Both the position numbers and the translations under genes were made by a program. A stretch of 64,000 bases of DNA from Octopus vulgaris. Taxonomy: Eukaryota. Location: positions 4,154,001 through 4,218,000 of the forward strand of contig OX597842.1 of the NCBI GenBank assembly GCA_951406725.2, given 5' to 3'. Below, in pieces: positions 1 to 14,625 of the stretch (the stretch's first letter is position 1; each line of letters begins with the position of its first letter). The notes beneath the pieces were generated by a model that did not search any database, was not told the DNA's origin, and saw only the letters and a program-made list of their open reading frames with translations.

Positions 1-310
1 TACTTGCTTATTCTATCGATCTCTTTTGCCGAACCGCTAAGTTAGAGGGCTGTAAACACACCAGCATCAGTTGTCAAGCAATGTTGGGGATACAAACAGA
101 TGCACAAACACACCTACATATATATATATATATAAATACACATATATGATGGGCTTCTTTCAGTTTCCGTCTACCAAATCCACTCACAAGGCATTGGTCG
201 GCCCGAGGCTATAGTAGAAGACACTTGCCCAAGGTGCCACGCAGTGGGACTGAACCCAGAACCATGTGGTTGGTAAGCAAGCTACTTACCACACAGCCAC
301 TCCTATGCCT
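1..310 (-). mobile_element. tRNA-derived SINE family A, cut by the window edge
   Basis: The reverse complement starts GGCATAGGAGTGGCTGTGTGGTAAG (A-box-like) ... GGTTCAGTCCC (B-box) ... CCTTGGGCAAGTG, with an internal (TA)/(CA) tract. More than 10 similar copies occur in the window. Confidence 0.85.
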
Positions 311-332
311 ATTATTATTATTATTATTATTA

Positions 333-555
333 AAGCTAGTGAGCTGGCAGTATCATTAGCACACTGGACAAAATGCTTAACAATATTTCACCTGTTGCTA
401 GGTTCTTAGTTCAAATTCCACCGAGGTCAACTTTGCCTGTCATCCTTTCAGGGTTGATAAATTAAGTACCAGTTGCATACTAGGTCGATGTAATCAACCA
501 GTCCTCCCCACCAAAAAAAAAAATTTCAGGCCTTCTGCCTATAGTAGAAATGATT
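333..555 (+). mobile_element. tRNA-derived SINE family B
   Basis: GAGCTGGCAG ... GTTCAAATTCC (B-box) ... GAGGTCAACTTTGCC ... AAGTACCAG; more than 12 copies in the window. Confidence 0.8.
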
Positions 556-744
556 ACTATTATTATTATTCTGGTGGTGAATAAAATAAGTTGATAAAAT
601 AAGTACCAGTTGAATACTGGGGTTGATGTAATTACTTTTTACTTACCCCAAAATTGCAGGCCTTGTGCCAAAATTTGAAACCATTATTATTTTTTCTTAT
701 CTCTTTGTTTTGCAACATACTCAGCAATCCTGTCCCTGCTGGCG

Positions 745-968
745 CCATGTCTAAAGCCTGAGACCCGGTGGTGCATAAAAGCACCCTGGGTCATGTCAGG
801 TGAAAAAGCAGCCAGTATGCTCTGTGTAGAGGTTGGTGTTAGGAACGGCATCCAGCTGTAGAATCTATGCCAACACAATGAAGTCTGCTACCGTTCCTGG
901 CATTGCCAGTTCCTGTCAAACTGTCCAACCCATGCCAGCACGGAAAACGGACGTTAAATGATGATGAT
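745..968 (+). mobile_element. Interspersed repeat with an RTE-like 3' tail ending in (ATG)n
   Basis: GGTTGGTGTTAGGAACGGCATCCAGC ... CATGCCAGCACGGAAAACGGACGTTAAATGATGATG; related copies at about 7575-7760 (-) and 8178-8290 (+). Confidence 0.6.
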
Positions 969-2057
969 TAATGCCCTTTTTTTTGTTTTTTGTTTTACTT
1001 CATGCATTTGCTAGTTTTCAATTTTTTGCGGCAGTTGCCCTCTCTGCAATTCAAGTGTGAAACCACTCAGTTCTTGAGTGCATGTGTGTGTGTGAGAGAG
1101 AAAGAGAGAGGGAGAGAGAGAAAGGGAATCAGAAAAAAAGGGAAACAGAGAGAGAGAGAGAGAGAGAGATGTTAACCCATCAACTTTGCCAAATCCTGCT
1201 ATCGTCATGACCACAACCACTGCTGACATCACCACCACCATCACCTTATTCCGCTAACACTAATTTCTTTTTTAATTAATGTTCTGTAAATTTAACTATT
1301 TGTATAACTGCTGTTGTTGTTGTTGTCGTCGGTGGTGGTGGTGGTGGTGATGATGATGATGTTGGTGTTGCTGTGGTTGTTTTTGTCGTTGTTGTGGTAG
1401 CGGTGGTGTTTTAACTGCCAACAACACAGTCCTAATTTTAATGAAATTAAATTAAAAAGTTTGAGCTTTATTGATTTTAAACAATTATACCAACAACAAC
1501 AACAACAACAACAGCATCGAGGGGAAATTTTGCAGAAGAAGATGAAGAAGAAAAAAGAAAAAAAAACCCTACAAAATATTTGAAGAAATTTCCCAGAAAA
1601 TACAAGGTAAAAAAAAAGATGTTTAAAACTACGAACGGAGCAGCAAAGGCATAAAAAGTTTGTTGAAAAAATGTAGCTACATGAAATTCACAAGGCCATG
1701 CAATGTAAAAAACCAAGCATGCATTGTGCGCATGCACCCTCTCCCCTCTGCTCTCCCTCACTCCATCTCTCCTATCAGTCTGTCTCAGTTTCTCTCTCTC
1801 TTTCTCCCCCTCTATCTCCCTATATACATTTCTCTTTCTGCCTCTTTCTCTCTCTGTAGCCCTCTCAATCTCTTTCTATATTTCTTACTCTCTCTCTCTC
1901 TCTCTCTCATACACACACAGATGCACATAAATGCACACATACATGTTTATTCATACTCACAGGCATTCATGATTGAATGCATTCATTCATACATGCATTT
2001 TATATAAATACATACGTCTCCAAGCACATACATTCATGCTCACCCACACACATGCTA

Positions 2058-3572
<1,515 letters not shown>

Positions 3573-4007
3573 CACATCTGCATTTGTGTAGGTGTCTGTC
3601 TCTCTGGCTGTCTCTCTATCTATCTCTCTGTCTATTTCTTTGTCTGTCTGTCTGTCTATCTATACATATATACATGCATGAATGCATGCCATGTGTATAC
3701 TCCCACATGCTATCGACCAAATGCTTCTACTCATCAGACGGAATCTTTGAGGCAGCAGCAGCAGCATGTGGTGGCAGAGCAGGTGGGGAGTGGGGGTGGG
3801 AGAGACAAACTGAAGAATTTACAGGAATTCTCTGCTGACACCAGTTTTGCACTGCACACATCTTAGAGAAACTACATTCCACTTCAAGAAGTATACACAC
3901 CTATATACACATACTTTCTCTCTCTGTTTCACATATATACACACACACACACACAAATTTTCCAACAATTGTAATATTCTGCTGGAACTAATGTATGTAT
4001 ACGCATA

Positions 4008-4069
<62 letters not shown>

Positions 4070-5286
4070 TACATACATGCATGCATTCCAGAACAACCTG
4101 TGTAAAAACACATATATTTGGTGAATATATGCATCCATATTTCAGAATGTCTGCTGTATACACAACATACATTCCATTATCACAGGTGTATGCACATTCA
4201 TACATATTCCATCACTACCTGTGTATATACACATATACATTCCACACACATCACCCTACCACCATCATTTTAACATTCATCTTTCCATGTCCTCATGGGT
4301 CAGATGAATTTTTATTGAGGTAGATTTTCTATGCCCAGGGGCCCTTGCTGTGACCAACCTTCACCTGTTTCTAGGCAAGGAATACTTTCTGATGGTCATA
4401 CATGCTTTCATAAGAAATTGCAAATTAATGACCCCGCTTGTATGACAGTGAGACTTCTTTACATCTAGCGCATGATGTCATCATAATCTTCATCCTCTCT
4501 CTCTCTTTCTGTCTCACTCATCCTTCCTTTGTTGTATCACCATAACTAATCTGCTACTCTCCACCTGTGCATGGCTTAGGGTGTTGGACTCATGATTGTA
4601 AGATTGTAGTTTCAATTCCTGGACCAGGCAATACATTGTGTTCTTGAGCAAAACACTTCATTTCACTCCAGAAACAGAAAGGAGAAATATATTCGCCACA
4701 GCAACCAGAAACCCAGCCCTAGGAGTCAATATGACTCACGATGAATCTCTACTCTCCACCCCTCATGCATTATTGGTCATCCCCACCCCTTATTCACCAT
4801 TCACAAAATCCACCCTTCAAATTTCTACAGTTGTCACCTACTCTCCCCTACCTGACCTGCTTATCACCCACTCAACTCTTCTTCATTCATTATATTCACC
4901 CTTCCACCCAGTCATCACTCTTACAACCTCCACTCACCCCAACACTCTTTGTTCTTGTGTCTCCACCTATCTCCCAGTCATCACTCTTACAACCTCCACT
5001 CACCCCTACCTTGAGGGACCACCTAGAAACCTTATTACCACTATTTTTTAACTATGCTGATCACCCTCCTACCCTGTCTTTTAAATTATGAGTACCCGTG
5101 TAACCCCTCTGCAGCAAGAAACCTGTCTCACTTTGACCCCTTCTCTTGTATTTCTCATTCACTAATAGTAATTCTCAATCCTTTTCCATCTGTGAACCCC
5201 TTGATATTATTATTTCACTTTGGTGGGCCTCCATAGCCTTTTGATGTTTAAAAACTAGTTTTATAGATAACTTCTTTAAAAAGAAA

Positions 5287-5884
5287 GGCACAGGTGTAGC
5301 TGTGAGGTAAGAACCTTGCTTTACAACCACGTGATTACAGGTTTGTTCCCACTGCATGGTACTGTGTCTTCTACTATTGGCTACCATCTACCAAATCTAC
5401 TCACAAAGCCTTGTGAGTGAATTTGATAGACAGAAACTGAAAGAAGGCGGCGAGTTGGCAGAAATGTTAGCATGCCGGGGAAAATGCTTAGCAGTATTTT
5501 GTCTGCCACTACATTCTGAGTTCAGATTCTGCCGAGGTTGACTTTGCCTTTCATCCTTTTGGGGTCGATTAAATAAGTACCAGTTGCACACTGGGGTCGA
5601 TGTAATCGACTTAATCTGTTTGCCTGTCTTTGTTCAGTCTATGTGTAACCCCTTGTTGGCAGTAAAGAAATAAGAAACTGCAAGAAGCCCTTCGTATGTA
5701 TGTGTGTGTGTGTGTGTGTATTTTTATGTCTGTGTTTGTTCCCGACCACCAGTTGACAACTGGTATGGCTGTGCTTACATCGCTGTAACTTAGCAGCTCA
5801 ACAAAAGAGATCAATAGAATAAAACCCTTCAAAGTGGAGTCCTAGCATGGCTATTGTCAAATTACTGAAACAAGTAAAAGATAA
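5287..5884 (+). mobile_element. SINE family A with a nested family B copy (5447-5672)
   Basis: Family A sequence is interrupted by B, which is flanked by the target-site duplication AGAAACTGAAAGAAG (5432-5446) / AGAAACTGCAAGAAG (5673-5687). Confidence 0.85.
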
Positions 5885-6064
5885 AATTCTGTGAGGACAA
5901 TCTGTTAATTGGTTTGGCTCTCAAACCATTGCTCTCAAAGTCCATAACCTTGCAAGCTACATGGTGATCTTAGTAGAGTTGGTGGCACAAAAAAAAAAAC
6001 CATGCAACACATGTTGTATAGCGGTTGGTGTGAAGAAGGGCACCCAGTTGTATAGAGGGAAACC

Positions 6065-6383
6065 CGCTTCAGTCATGACACAGATCATGGGATTGCACCT
6101 CTGAGGTACAAGTCTGGGCAAGATTGTTCATGGAAGACCAGCAGTCGCCCATGCATACCAGCCTCTCCTCTCCATGCTACCAATGTTATCCAAGGGAAAG
6201 GAGAAGGGACCGATGCAGCTTGGCACCTGTGACATCGCAACTCATTCCTACAGCTGAGTGAACTGGAACAACGTGAAATAAAGTGTCTTGCTCAAGAACA
6301 CAACACGCAGCACGGTCCAGGAATTGAACTCACAACCTCACAATTGTAAGCTCGACACTCTAACCACTGAGCCATGCGCCTTC
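6065..6383 (-). mobile_element. tRNA-derived SINE family C (CORE-like central motif)
   Basis: Minus strand: GGCGCATGGCTCAGTGGTTAGAG ... GAGTTCAATTCC ... GTGTTCTTGAGCAAGACACTTT. Related heads at 4568-4668 (+), 21830-21935 (-) and 23285-23395 (-). Confidence 0.75.
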
Positions 6384-7971
6384 ACATTCCAGTTGTATAT
6401 GTAGTTATATATTGTGTGTAAAGAGAAATTTCACTCAGCTGGTCATAATAACCTACAAAAAAGAAAAAAAACCTCAGCAAAACAGACTTGTTACATTTGA
6501 TCAAGAGTTTCTTTACAGCATGGCCAGATGTTTCAACTTTTGTTTCAGCAGAGACTTTATAGAAACAAATAAATTTGAAGCATTTGGTGTCGCTGAAAAG
6601 ATATGACAAAAATCTATGTGTGAATATTCATAGACATGTGTAAATAAATGTATGTATGTAGATGTGTATGTGTGTTTGTGTTCATGTATAGATATGTATG
6701 TGTATGCTTGCATTTATCTATATATTTTTATATATGTTCATGCTCATATCTTAATGTTTCTGTATGAGTAATATATATATATATCATGCACACAACTGTC
6801 AACCCTTTATAACTTGTCATTTGATAATAATATTAATAATAATAATATATGTGTACATTTATGTGTATATTAATAATGTGTGTGCATATACAGATATCTA
6901 TATGTTTCTATGTGTGTCTGTGAATAAATATATGCATATATGTGTGTGTGTATTTATTCATACACAGACATTTAATAAGTATGTATATATTATTCCTGTA
7001 TTGTGTGGTAAATAATGCATTATAGCATCCCCTTTCCCCACCCCTATCACTCCACCATGACCATCACCTCCATAACAACAGCCACCTCCGAATTTCTTAC
7101 ATTCTCTAACTGAAATTGAAATATTATTTTCAAAACCAAAACATTTCACTAAATTCTTCGTTTTTCTTTCGGAATCGTATCCAAACACAACAGAGATAAT
7201 ATCTTGAGCTATTATTAAATATTTGACAAGACTTATTCTGTCAAGGATTCTTCAACACATTTTTTACCATTTCTCTTTTTCCTTTTTCTTTTCTTTCTCT
7301 GTCATTATTCTTCTTCTTCTGTTTAATGGTGTGTGTGGAAGACACAGGGACGGGGAGAAGCCATCAGTTTTGAGGTCTGTTTTTATTTTTCAATATGTCT
7401 TCCATCCTTTCTGATAAGTTTCCCCCCTTTCTTTCTTTCGCACTAAATTTTCATCATCATCGTCTCTCTCCTTTATTTCTTCCATTTTCTTCCTTATGCT
7501 TCTTTCATCAGCCAATTCTTCTTCCACTTATCTAATTCTTCTTTTTCTTCTTTCATTGCCTTCTTTCTTCTTTCATCATCATCATCGTTTAGCATCCGCT
7601 TTCCATGCTGGCATGGGTTGAACGGTTCAACTGGGTTCTGGGAAGCCAGAAGGCTGCACCAGGCTGCAGTCTAATCTGGCAATGTTTCTACGGCTGGATG
7701 CCCTTCCTAACGCCAACCACTCCGAGAGTGTAGTGGGTGCTTTTTACGTGCCACCGGCACAGGTGCTAGGAAAGGCTGGCAACGGCCACGATCAGATGGT
7801 GCTTTTTGCGTGTCACCAGCGCGGAGGCCAGCCGGGGCGGCGCTGGCAATGGCCACGTTCAGATGGTTCTCTTACATACCACCAGCACTGGTATCACAGC
7901 TGCAATTTCCATTGATGTTGATCGATTTCATTGTCTAATTTTTCTTCTTGTGTCATCTCCCAAAATAAGTC

Positions 7972-8325
7972 CTGGGGTCAAATGAATCGAATGCAGAACT
8001 TATTTTTTTGTTGAGCCTAGTACGTATTTTGTCAATCTCTGTTGCAGAACCACTAAGTTATGGGAACATAAACATCAACAGCAGCTGTCAAGTGGTGGTG
8101 GGAGGGGGACAAGCACAGACACACTGACACATACACACACATCTGTGCCATTCCACCACATTATTTTTGTTTCATAGGGGAAGGGCATCCAGCCGTACAA
8201 ACCATGACAGAATAGACAATGGGGCCTGGTACAGCTCCCTAGACAAACCGTCCAACCCATGCCAGCATGGAAAATGGATGCGACATGCTGTGATATGTAT
8301 ATATGTGTGTGTGTATGTGTGAGTG

Positions 8326-8379
<54 letters not shown>

Positions 8380-8619
8380 CATATATGTATATATATATAT
8401 GTGTGTATATGTGTATATATATGTGTGTATATGTGTATATATGTGTGTGTATATGTGTGTGTATATGTGTATATATATGTGTGTGTATATGTGTGTGTAT
8501 ATGTGTATATATATGTGTTTGTATATGTGTGTGTATATGTGTATATATATGTGTGTATATGTGTATATATATATGTGTGTATATGTGTATATATATGTGT
8601 GTGTATATGTGTATATATA

Positions 8620-8650
<31 letters not shown>

Positions 8651-8895
8651 CCATGTGTATATGTATGTATATGTATGTGTATGCATCAATGTATAAGTAT
8701 ATATATGTATGCATATGTGTATATATGTATATATACACAACAGGCTTCTTTCAAACTCCATCTACCAAATCCACTCACAAAGTTTTGTTTCGCCCAAGGT
8801 TGTAGTAGAAGACACTTTCCCAAGGTGCCACGCAGTGGGACTGAACCCAGAACTATGTGGCAGGGAAGCAAGCTTCTTACCACACAGCCACAGAG
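7972..8895 (-). mobile_element. Family A SINE split by an expanded (TA/TG) microsatellite and an RTE-tail repeat
   Basis: 3' portion at 7972-8140 and 5' head at 8741-8895, with simple repeats between them. Confidence 0.6.
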
Positions 8896-9414
8896 TTGGC
8901 TGCTATTTCTGGTGGACAGTGAAGCCACTTTGAGGTTGTTTTGTTGACTTGTTCACTCAATGTAGATGCTTCAGCCAAAATTGGCAATCACTTGAATGGT
9001 GGTGATGCTCATAGAGACAATGTAGAGGAGGAAAAGTGGTGGTGGTGGTGGTGTTGCTGGTAGTGATGGTGATAGTTAAGATGAGGATATCAACGTTGGT
9101 GTTGTGGTGATGATGATGATAATGTTTATAATGGTGACAATCATGAGGACAATAACGATGATGGTAATTGCTGATACAGAAGGTGGTGGTGGTGGCAATG
9201 ATGGTGATGATGATGGTTGTGGTGATGGATTGCTAGAATGATGCTCTCTTAATGTAGTGATTTTTGCAATTTTAACAAATATTTAGGGATTCCTGCACTT
9301 AATATTCACCATATGCAAGAATCCTTAAATATGTGAAAATTGCAAAACTCACCACACACACATGAAGATAAGCAATCACCTAATGTTCAATTCTTCATAT
9401 ATATATACATATAT

Positions 9415-9457
<43 letters not shown>

Positions 9458-9488
9458 CACACACATTTATGTACATATCTCTCTCTCT

Positions 9489-9526
<38 letters not shown>

Positions 9527-9545
9527 CCACACACATTTAAGTACA

Positions 9546-9632
<87 letters not shown>

Positions 9633-10904
9633 AGATTTGTACATGTTTAGATATGTAGATATATAGAGAGAGAAAGAGGAAAGGAGGGAAAGAGAGATTC
9701 ATATTTGTATATGTGTGTGTATATGTATGTATATTTCTGAGTGTATAAAAAGTCTACCTCATATATATTGCAATTTCAGTTTGGTCGATAATGTGTTTTG
9801 TGTGTGTGTGTACATGTATGTGTGTGTACATGTATGTATGTGTGCATGTATGTGTATATGTGTTTTGTGTGTACATATATGTGTGTGTATATGTATGTGT
9901 GTGTGTCTATATAATTTTGCAAATACTTTTTATTTCTGCATATGTTTTCCTTTCTCCTTTAAATTTTTAAACGACCAAAATTGTTCTTGGCAAAGGATTT
10001 CAAAAGATAAGATTAGCTTCTTTCCCCATTCTTAATCAAATGCAAAAGACATGATTATCACTTCCACTATCTATCTCTTACAAAACCTCCAAGAAAGATG
10101 GCCAGCTTAGATGAGAAATTGGAATAATACTTCCTCAATATTTGTTGTGTGTTCTTAGAAATTTGGCAAGATTCCTGATAGAGTTAGTCATCGCTTTTTA
10201 GTTCCCCCAGGTTTTTGTTTTTGTCGTTGTTTTTATAAAGGGATGCCCTATTTTCTTGGCCCTTGTTTTACCTATTTAAGTAGGGCATTCAGAGTGAGTG
10301 GAGTAGATGCATAATTGTATTTGATGAAAGAGGCAGTTGGCAACAGTGGCGGCGGCAAGGTGGAGGTTTCTAAATTTTCTTAAACACGAATACCTGCAAG
10401 TCTTTATCTATATGAATTGTGTGTGTGTGTGTGTGTGTATTATATACATGTATATATAATTTTAAAAATTAGGTATACACCTGATAATATGCTGATTAAA
10501 GCACTTTCACTGTCTATGGCTATCTGATGTTATCCACAGTATTGTTATAATTAGAAATTCCCCCAGTGTTTGTTGAATGAGAGAAACAGAAAATGGAATT
10601 CACAAAATTCTTTATTACACAACAATCATTTTGATCCATCTTACCTTGATCCATCACAGGTGAAATGCTACACAACCTGCTATGGTGCATCCTTCGGTGC
10701 AGATATGTCTTGTCAGGTGATTATTTTCAAAAGGTATCTTGCTCAATAAACTCCGTTTCGCTTGGTTCTTGCCTACAGGTTCTGTGTTTTGGAATGACAC
10801 AAGATGGATACTTTTAATCTTTTTATATACAGTTAACAAGTCTACATATATTTTGTTTTTGGATTTGGTTTGCAAGATTCTTTATATGAGATCGTGTGTT
10901 GAAG

Positions 10905-11030
10905 CATATTTTGTTGTGTCTGGGGAGAGTCATTTTCTTTTTGTGCCTTATTATGTAACACACTCACCGGTAAAATTTCCCCTTTTTTCCTATTTTTATT
11001 GTCCTAAAATTTTCGTTGCATCTTACATAA
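10905..11030. repeat. Unclassified interspersed repeat; an inverted second copy lies at about 33075-33185
   Basis: GTGTCTGGGGAGAGTCATT ... TAACACACTCACCGGT ... AAAATTTTCGTTGCATCTT matches the reverse complement of 33075-33185. Confidence 0.7.
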
Positions 11031-11829
11031 TTATAAATGAAACACAGAAAAAAAAGAATAAGAAAAAGATTATTTTGATAAGTATGCGCATGTTCATGTA
11101 AGCAAGCACACACATACAGACATGCATACACACACCCATAGTCTCATAGACACACACACTCCCATATATATATATAACAATTGCAGCATGGAATTGTTTT
11201 CTTTCCAGTACACAATCTCAGATCAGGTCACTTGCTATGCAAGTACATCTCCATAATATATATGTGTATATATATATCAAAAACAATTACAAAGAATACA
11301 GAGACTGGTACATCTTCGAATTTTTCTTTTAATTTAACAGTTATACAGCAGAACTAATTAAAATGATTAATCATGCTTCATAATTAACGGTTAAATTAAG
11401 AGGAAGATTTGAAGATGTACAAGTCTCCATATTTTTCATGAGTGTTTACGATCTACACTCTCAAAAATATTCATAATCCAGGGAAGTGAACCTGGATTTA
11501 CCCATCAGAAGTATTACGGTGGGATTGCTCACCCTCTGGGATCCTTGTGGCTTTTTACGACCTGATGTGCTTAGCTATAGCCTGGAATATACCAGAAGGC
11601 TATTACAATATCCACATGGATAATCTATGCCTATATACTCATGTATATATATATATATATATATAGTGAAGTATATTTGCCATTTAAATATGGCTAACCT
11701 CTAAGGGTGGATGCTACCGTAGCTTGTAGCCCCAGGAGGACACCTCCTCCAGCTGGCTATTGACACACTTTCTGTGCCCTATCAGTATTTGCAAAGGGAA
11801 GCCATCCTTCCTGTCTTCAACCTATGATA

Positions 11830-11879
11830 CACTCAGACTCGAGTCAAGTTTCTGGGTATTGACCCATCATCAGCATATG
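11830..11879 (-). ncRNA. Type I hammerhead-ribozyme-like motif (intact core, weak stem I)
   Basis: Minus strand: CATATG-CTGATGA-TGGG tcaata CCCA-GAAA-CTTG act CGAG-TC-TGAGTG. Confidence 0.6.
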
Positions 11880-12039
11880 ACAATCACAGTTGTCGATGAA
11901 AAGTAGGTTCCCTTTGCAAATATATATTCTTTTTCCAGTGACGTAAAGACACAGATATTGAAAAAGTGTAAACAAGCAATAATAAATTTATTATTATTTA
12001 TTATTATTTATTATTATTTATTATATATATATAGACACA

Positions 12040-12720
12040 TACAGGGTGTGGTGAATAGACTGTCATCTAAATTACGCAAAAATGAAAATAACACTGACAT
12101 CTCTTTTAACGGATATATTTACCAAAATTACATAGAAATATCTTGAAATACTAAAGAGTAAATTTATTCAATAAAATCACCATTGGCTTCAACAATGGCC
12201 TCTTGACGACTTCAGAATCTCCTGCAACTCTTCTGGATGGTCACCATCATGTTTAAGTTGGTGAATGCTGCCATAATCTTTGCATTCAGTTCATCTTTGG
12301 TGTTACAAGCAGTTTTGTTAGTCTCTCGCTCAACTGCACCCCACATATAATAATCAAGGGGGTTGCAGTCTCGGGAGTTAGGTGACCAGATGTTAGGGGT
12401 GATGTGGTTACAGAAATTGTCTGACAGCCATGACTGGGTTCTCTTGCTTGTGTGGCATGGTGCAGAGTCCTGTTGCCAGACATAGGGTCTTCCAGCAAAC
12501 ACCTTCTTGACCAAGAGCAGCACTACCTCCTCCAAGCACTTGATGTCGAACTCAATGTTGAGTGTGAGGCTGTGTGGGAAGGTGAAGGCATATCATCGCC
12601 ATCACTAGTAATCATTCTAAGCCCCATGATGTTGATTGGATGTTTGATTGTTATCACTCTTAGGACATGTCCTCAGATTGCACTGTCCTCCAACTGACAC
12701 TCAAATGCTCTGAAAGGTTT
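12040..12720 (-). mobile_element. Tc1/mariner DD37D (maT/Bmmar1-like) transposase 3' fragment with one TIR
   Basis: ORF 12212-12535 reads VWQQDSAPCH ... WSPNSRDCNPLDYYMWG, with exactly 37 residues between the last two catalytic Asp. The terminus is TA|CAGGGTG at 12040-12048. Confidence 0.9.
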
Positions 12721-12985
12721 GTGTTGGAGCTTCCAGCATGAATGCCAAACAGTACTCTCCCTTCCCCTCTCTAGCACAGCAGTTATTTGCTATTTCCAGT
12801 GGTCAGGTATCTACAACTGACAAGGCTAAAAGAGGTTGAAATCACGGGATTTGGTAGTTCTGACAATATCTATGATGTGCTTTTGTTCACCACAAAAAAC
12901 ATATAAGAGATTTTCTCCCTTGGCAAATATCGCAGAATTGTGAGTTCTAACACAACATCCACTCTTTTAATGGTGTATGTATGTG

Positions 12986-13038
<53 letters not shown>

Positions 13039-13058
13039 TACATACACCATTAAAAGAG

Positions 13059-13098
<40 letters not shown>

Positions 13099-13123
13099 GG
13101 TGAGGCATTGATTTAATAATAAT

Positions 13124-13515
13124 CCTTTTTACTATAGGCACAAAGCCTGAAAGTTTAGGGGATGGGGTCAGTATTTCACTGGTACTTAATTTATCGACCT
13201 CGAAAGGATGAAAGGCAAAGTCAACCTCAGTGGAATTTGAACTCAGAACATAGCGATGGGCAATATACTGCTAAGCATGCTAACGATTCTGCCAGCTCAC
13301 CCACCATTTTAATAATAATAATGATAATGGTTTCAAATCTTGACACAAAGCCAGCAAATTTGGACCCCAATACTCAACTGGTACTTAATTTATCGACCCT
13401 GAAAGGATGAAAGGCAAAGTCGACTTCGGCGGAATTTGAACTCAGAACATAAAGACAGAAGAATCACCGAAAAGCATTTTGTCCAGCGTGCTAACGATTC
13501 TGCCAACTTACTACA
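13124..13515 (-). mobile_element. Two tandem family B SINEs
   Basis: Two copies of CTGGTACTTAATTTATCGACC ... GGAATTTGAACTCAGAAC ... GCTAACGATTCTGCCA. Confidence 0.8.
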
Positions 13516-14251
13516 TTAACAACAACAACAATAATAATAATAATCATGATGATGGTGATGATGAATATTCTGTGAATTCTTTCTTTCCCTGAGGCAGGGG
13601 AATAATCTTTGGTTTTTTTCTTTCCTTTTTTTAACTTAATCTTTTCCTAATGGCATCACTTACCATTATCTACCTTTGCAATTTCAGAAAAATGTAAAAT
13701 GCCTCAGATATTCCTTCCTGCTCTCAAATCTTCTACATTGACTACCAAACAATGCAAGAATTGTTCATCATGTGTTCATTCCATCATGTGTTCCTCTGAC
13801 AGGCTAGAAATAGCAGCCAATCTTTTCTCAGATGACATCACGCAAAACTATGTGGGAAACCTCCATATAGCCCTGTGACCAGTTAGAAATAGCAGCTAAA
13901 TCTCTAACATCAAAAGCTATCATCTTAAAAACTGGTGATACATTCAATATTGGGGGTACCTTACAGTTCCAAGGGTAAAAAGGTGGGATGGCCATTCTGG
14001 AAATTTTTTGATTATTAGATAATGTGTTTGTGGGTGTACATTAACCAGTGGCCAGAAAAGACTTGGTTGTCATGGAGGGAATGTCTTAAGATATCAGATG
14101 TGTTCCTAAGTACACTGTGTAAGGAAAAAGGAGATGGTCATGCTTGGATTACCTTTCATTATGGGTCTATTTGATTAGGACTGACTGGGAGTATAACCAC
14201 AATCATCATCATCACCAATCACAACTTACCATCACCCATCTATTATCCTGT

Positions 14252-14625
14252 CTCTTTTACTTGTTTCAGTCATTAGATTGTGGCCATGCTGGGGCACCAC
14301 GTTGAAGAATTTCCAGTAAAACATATCAACTCCAGTGCTTATGTTTTTTAAGCCTGATACTTATTTTGTCAGTTGCTTTTGCAAAACCGCTAAGTTATGG
14401 GGATGTAAACAAACCAACACCAGCTGTCAAGTTGTGGTGGGGAAACAAAAACACACACACACACGACAGGCTTCTTTCAGTTTCCGTCTACCAAATCCAC
14501 TCACAAGGCTTTGGTCGGCCTGAGGCTATAGTAGAAGATGCTTTCCCAAGGTCCCACAAACTGGGACTGAACCTGGAACCATGTAGTAGGGAAGCAAGCC
14601 TCTTACCACCCAGCCACACAACGCA
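14252..14625 (-). mobile_element. Family A SINE, near full length
   Basis: Runs from the tail CTCTTTTACTTGTTTCAGTC to the head CTTACCACCCAGCCAC. Confidence 0.8.

Noticed and set aside
4670-5240. Possible PLE C-terminus (ERRNIF ... PALGVN) and a GAAACCTGTC motif
   Set aside because: Similarity is too short and there is no proper CUGANGA box; only a 33-bp direct repeat (about 4907/4974) is certain.
6310-6383. tRNA-like sequence with A and B boxes (likewise the heads of families A and B)
   Set aside because: Continues into multi-copy SINE bodies and has no complete acceptor stem; not tRNA genes.
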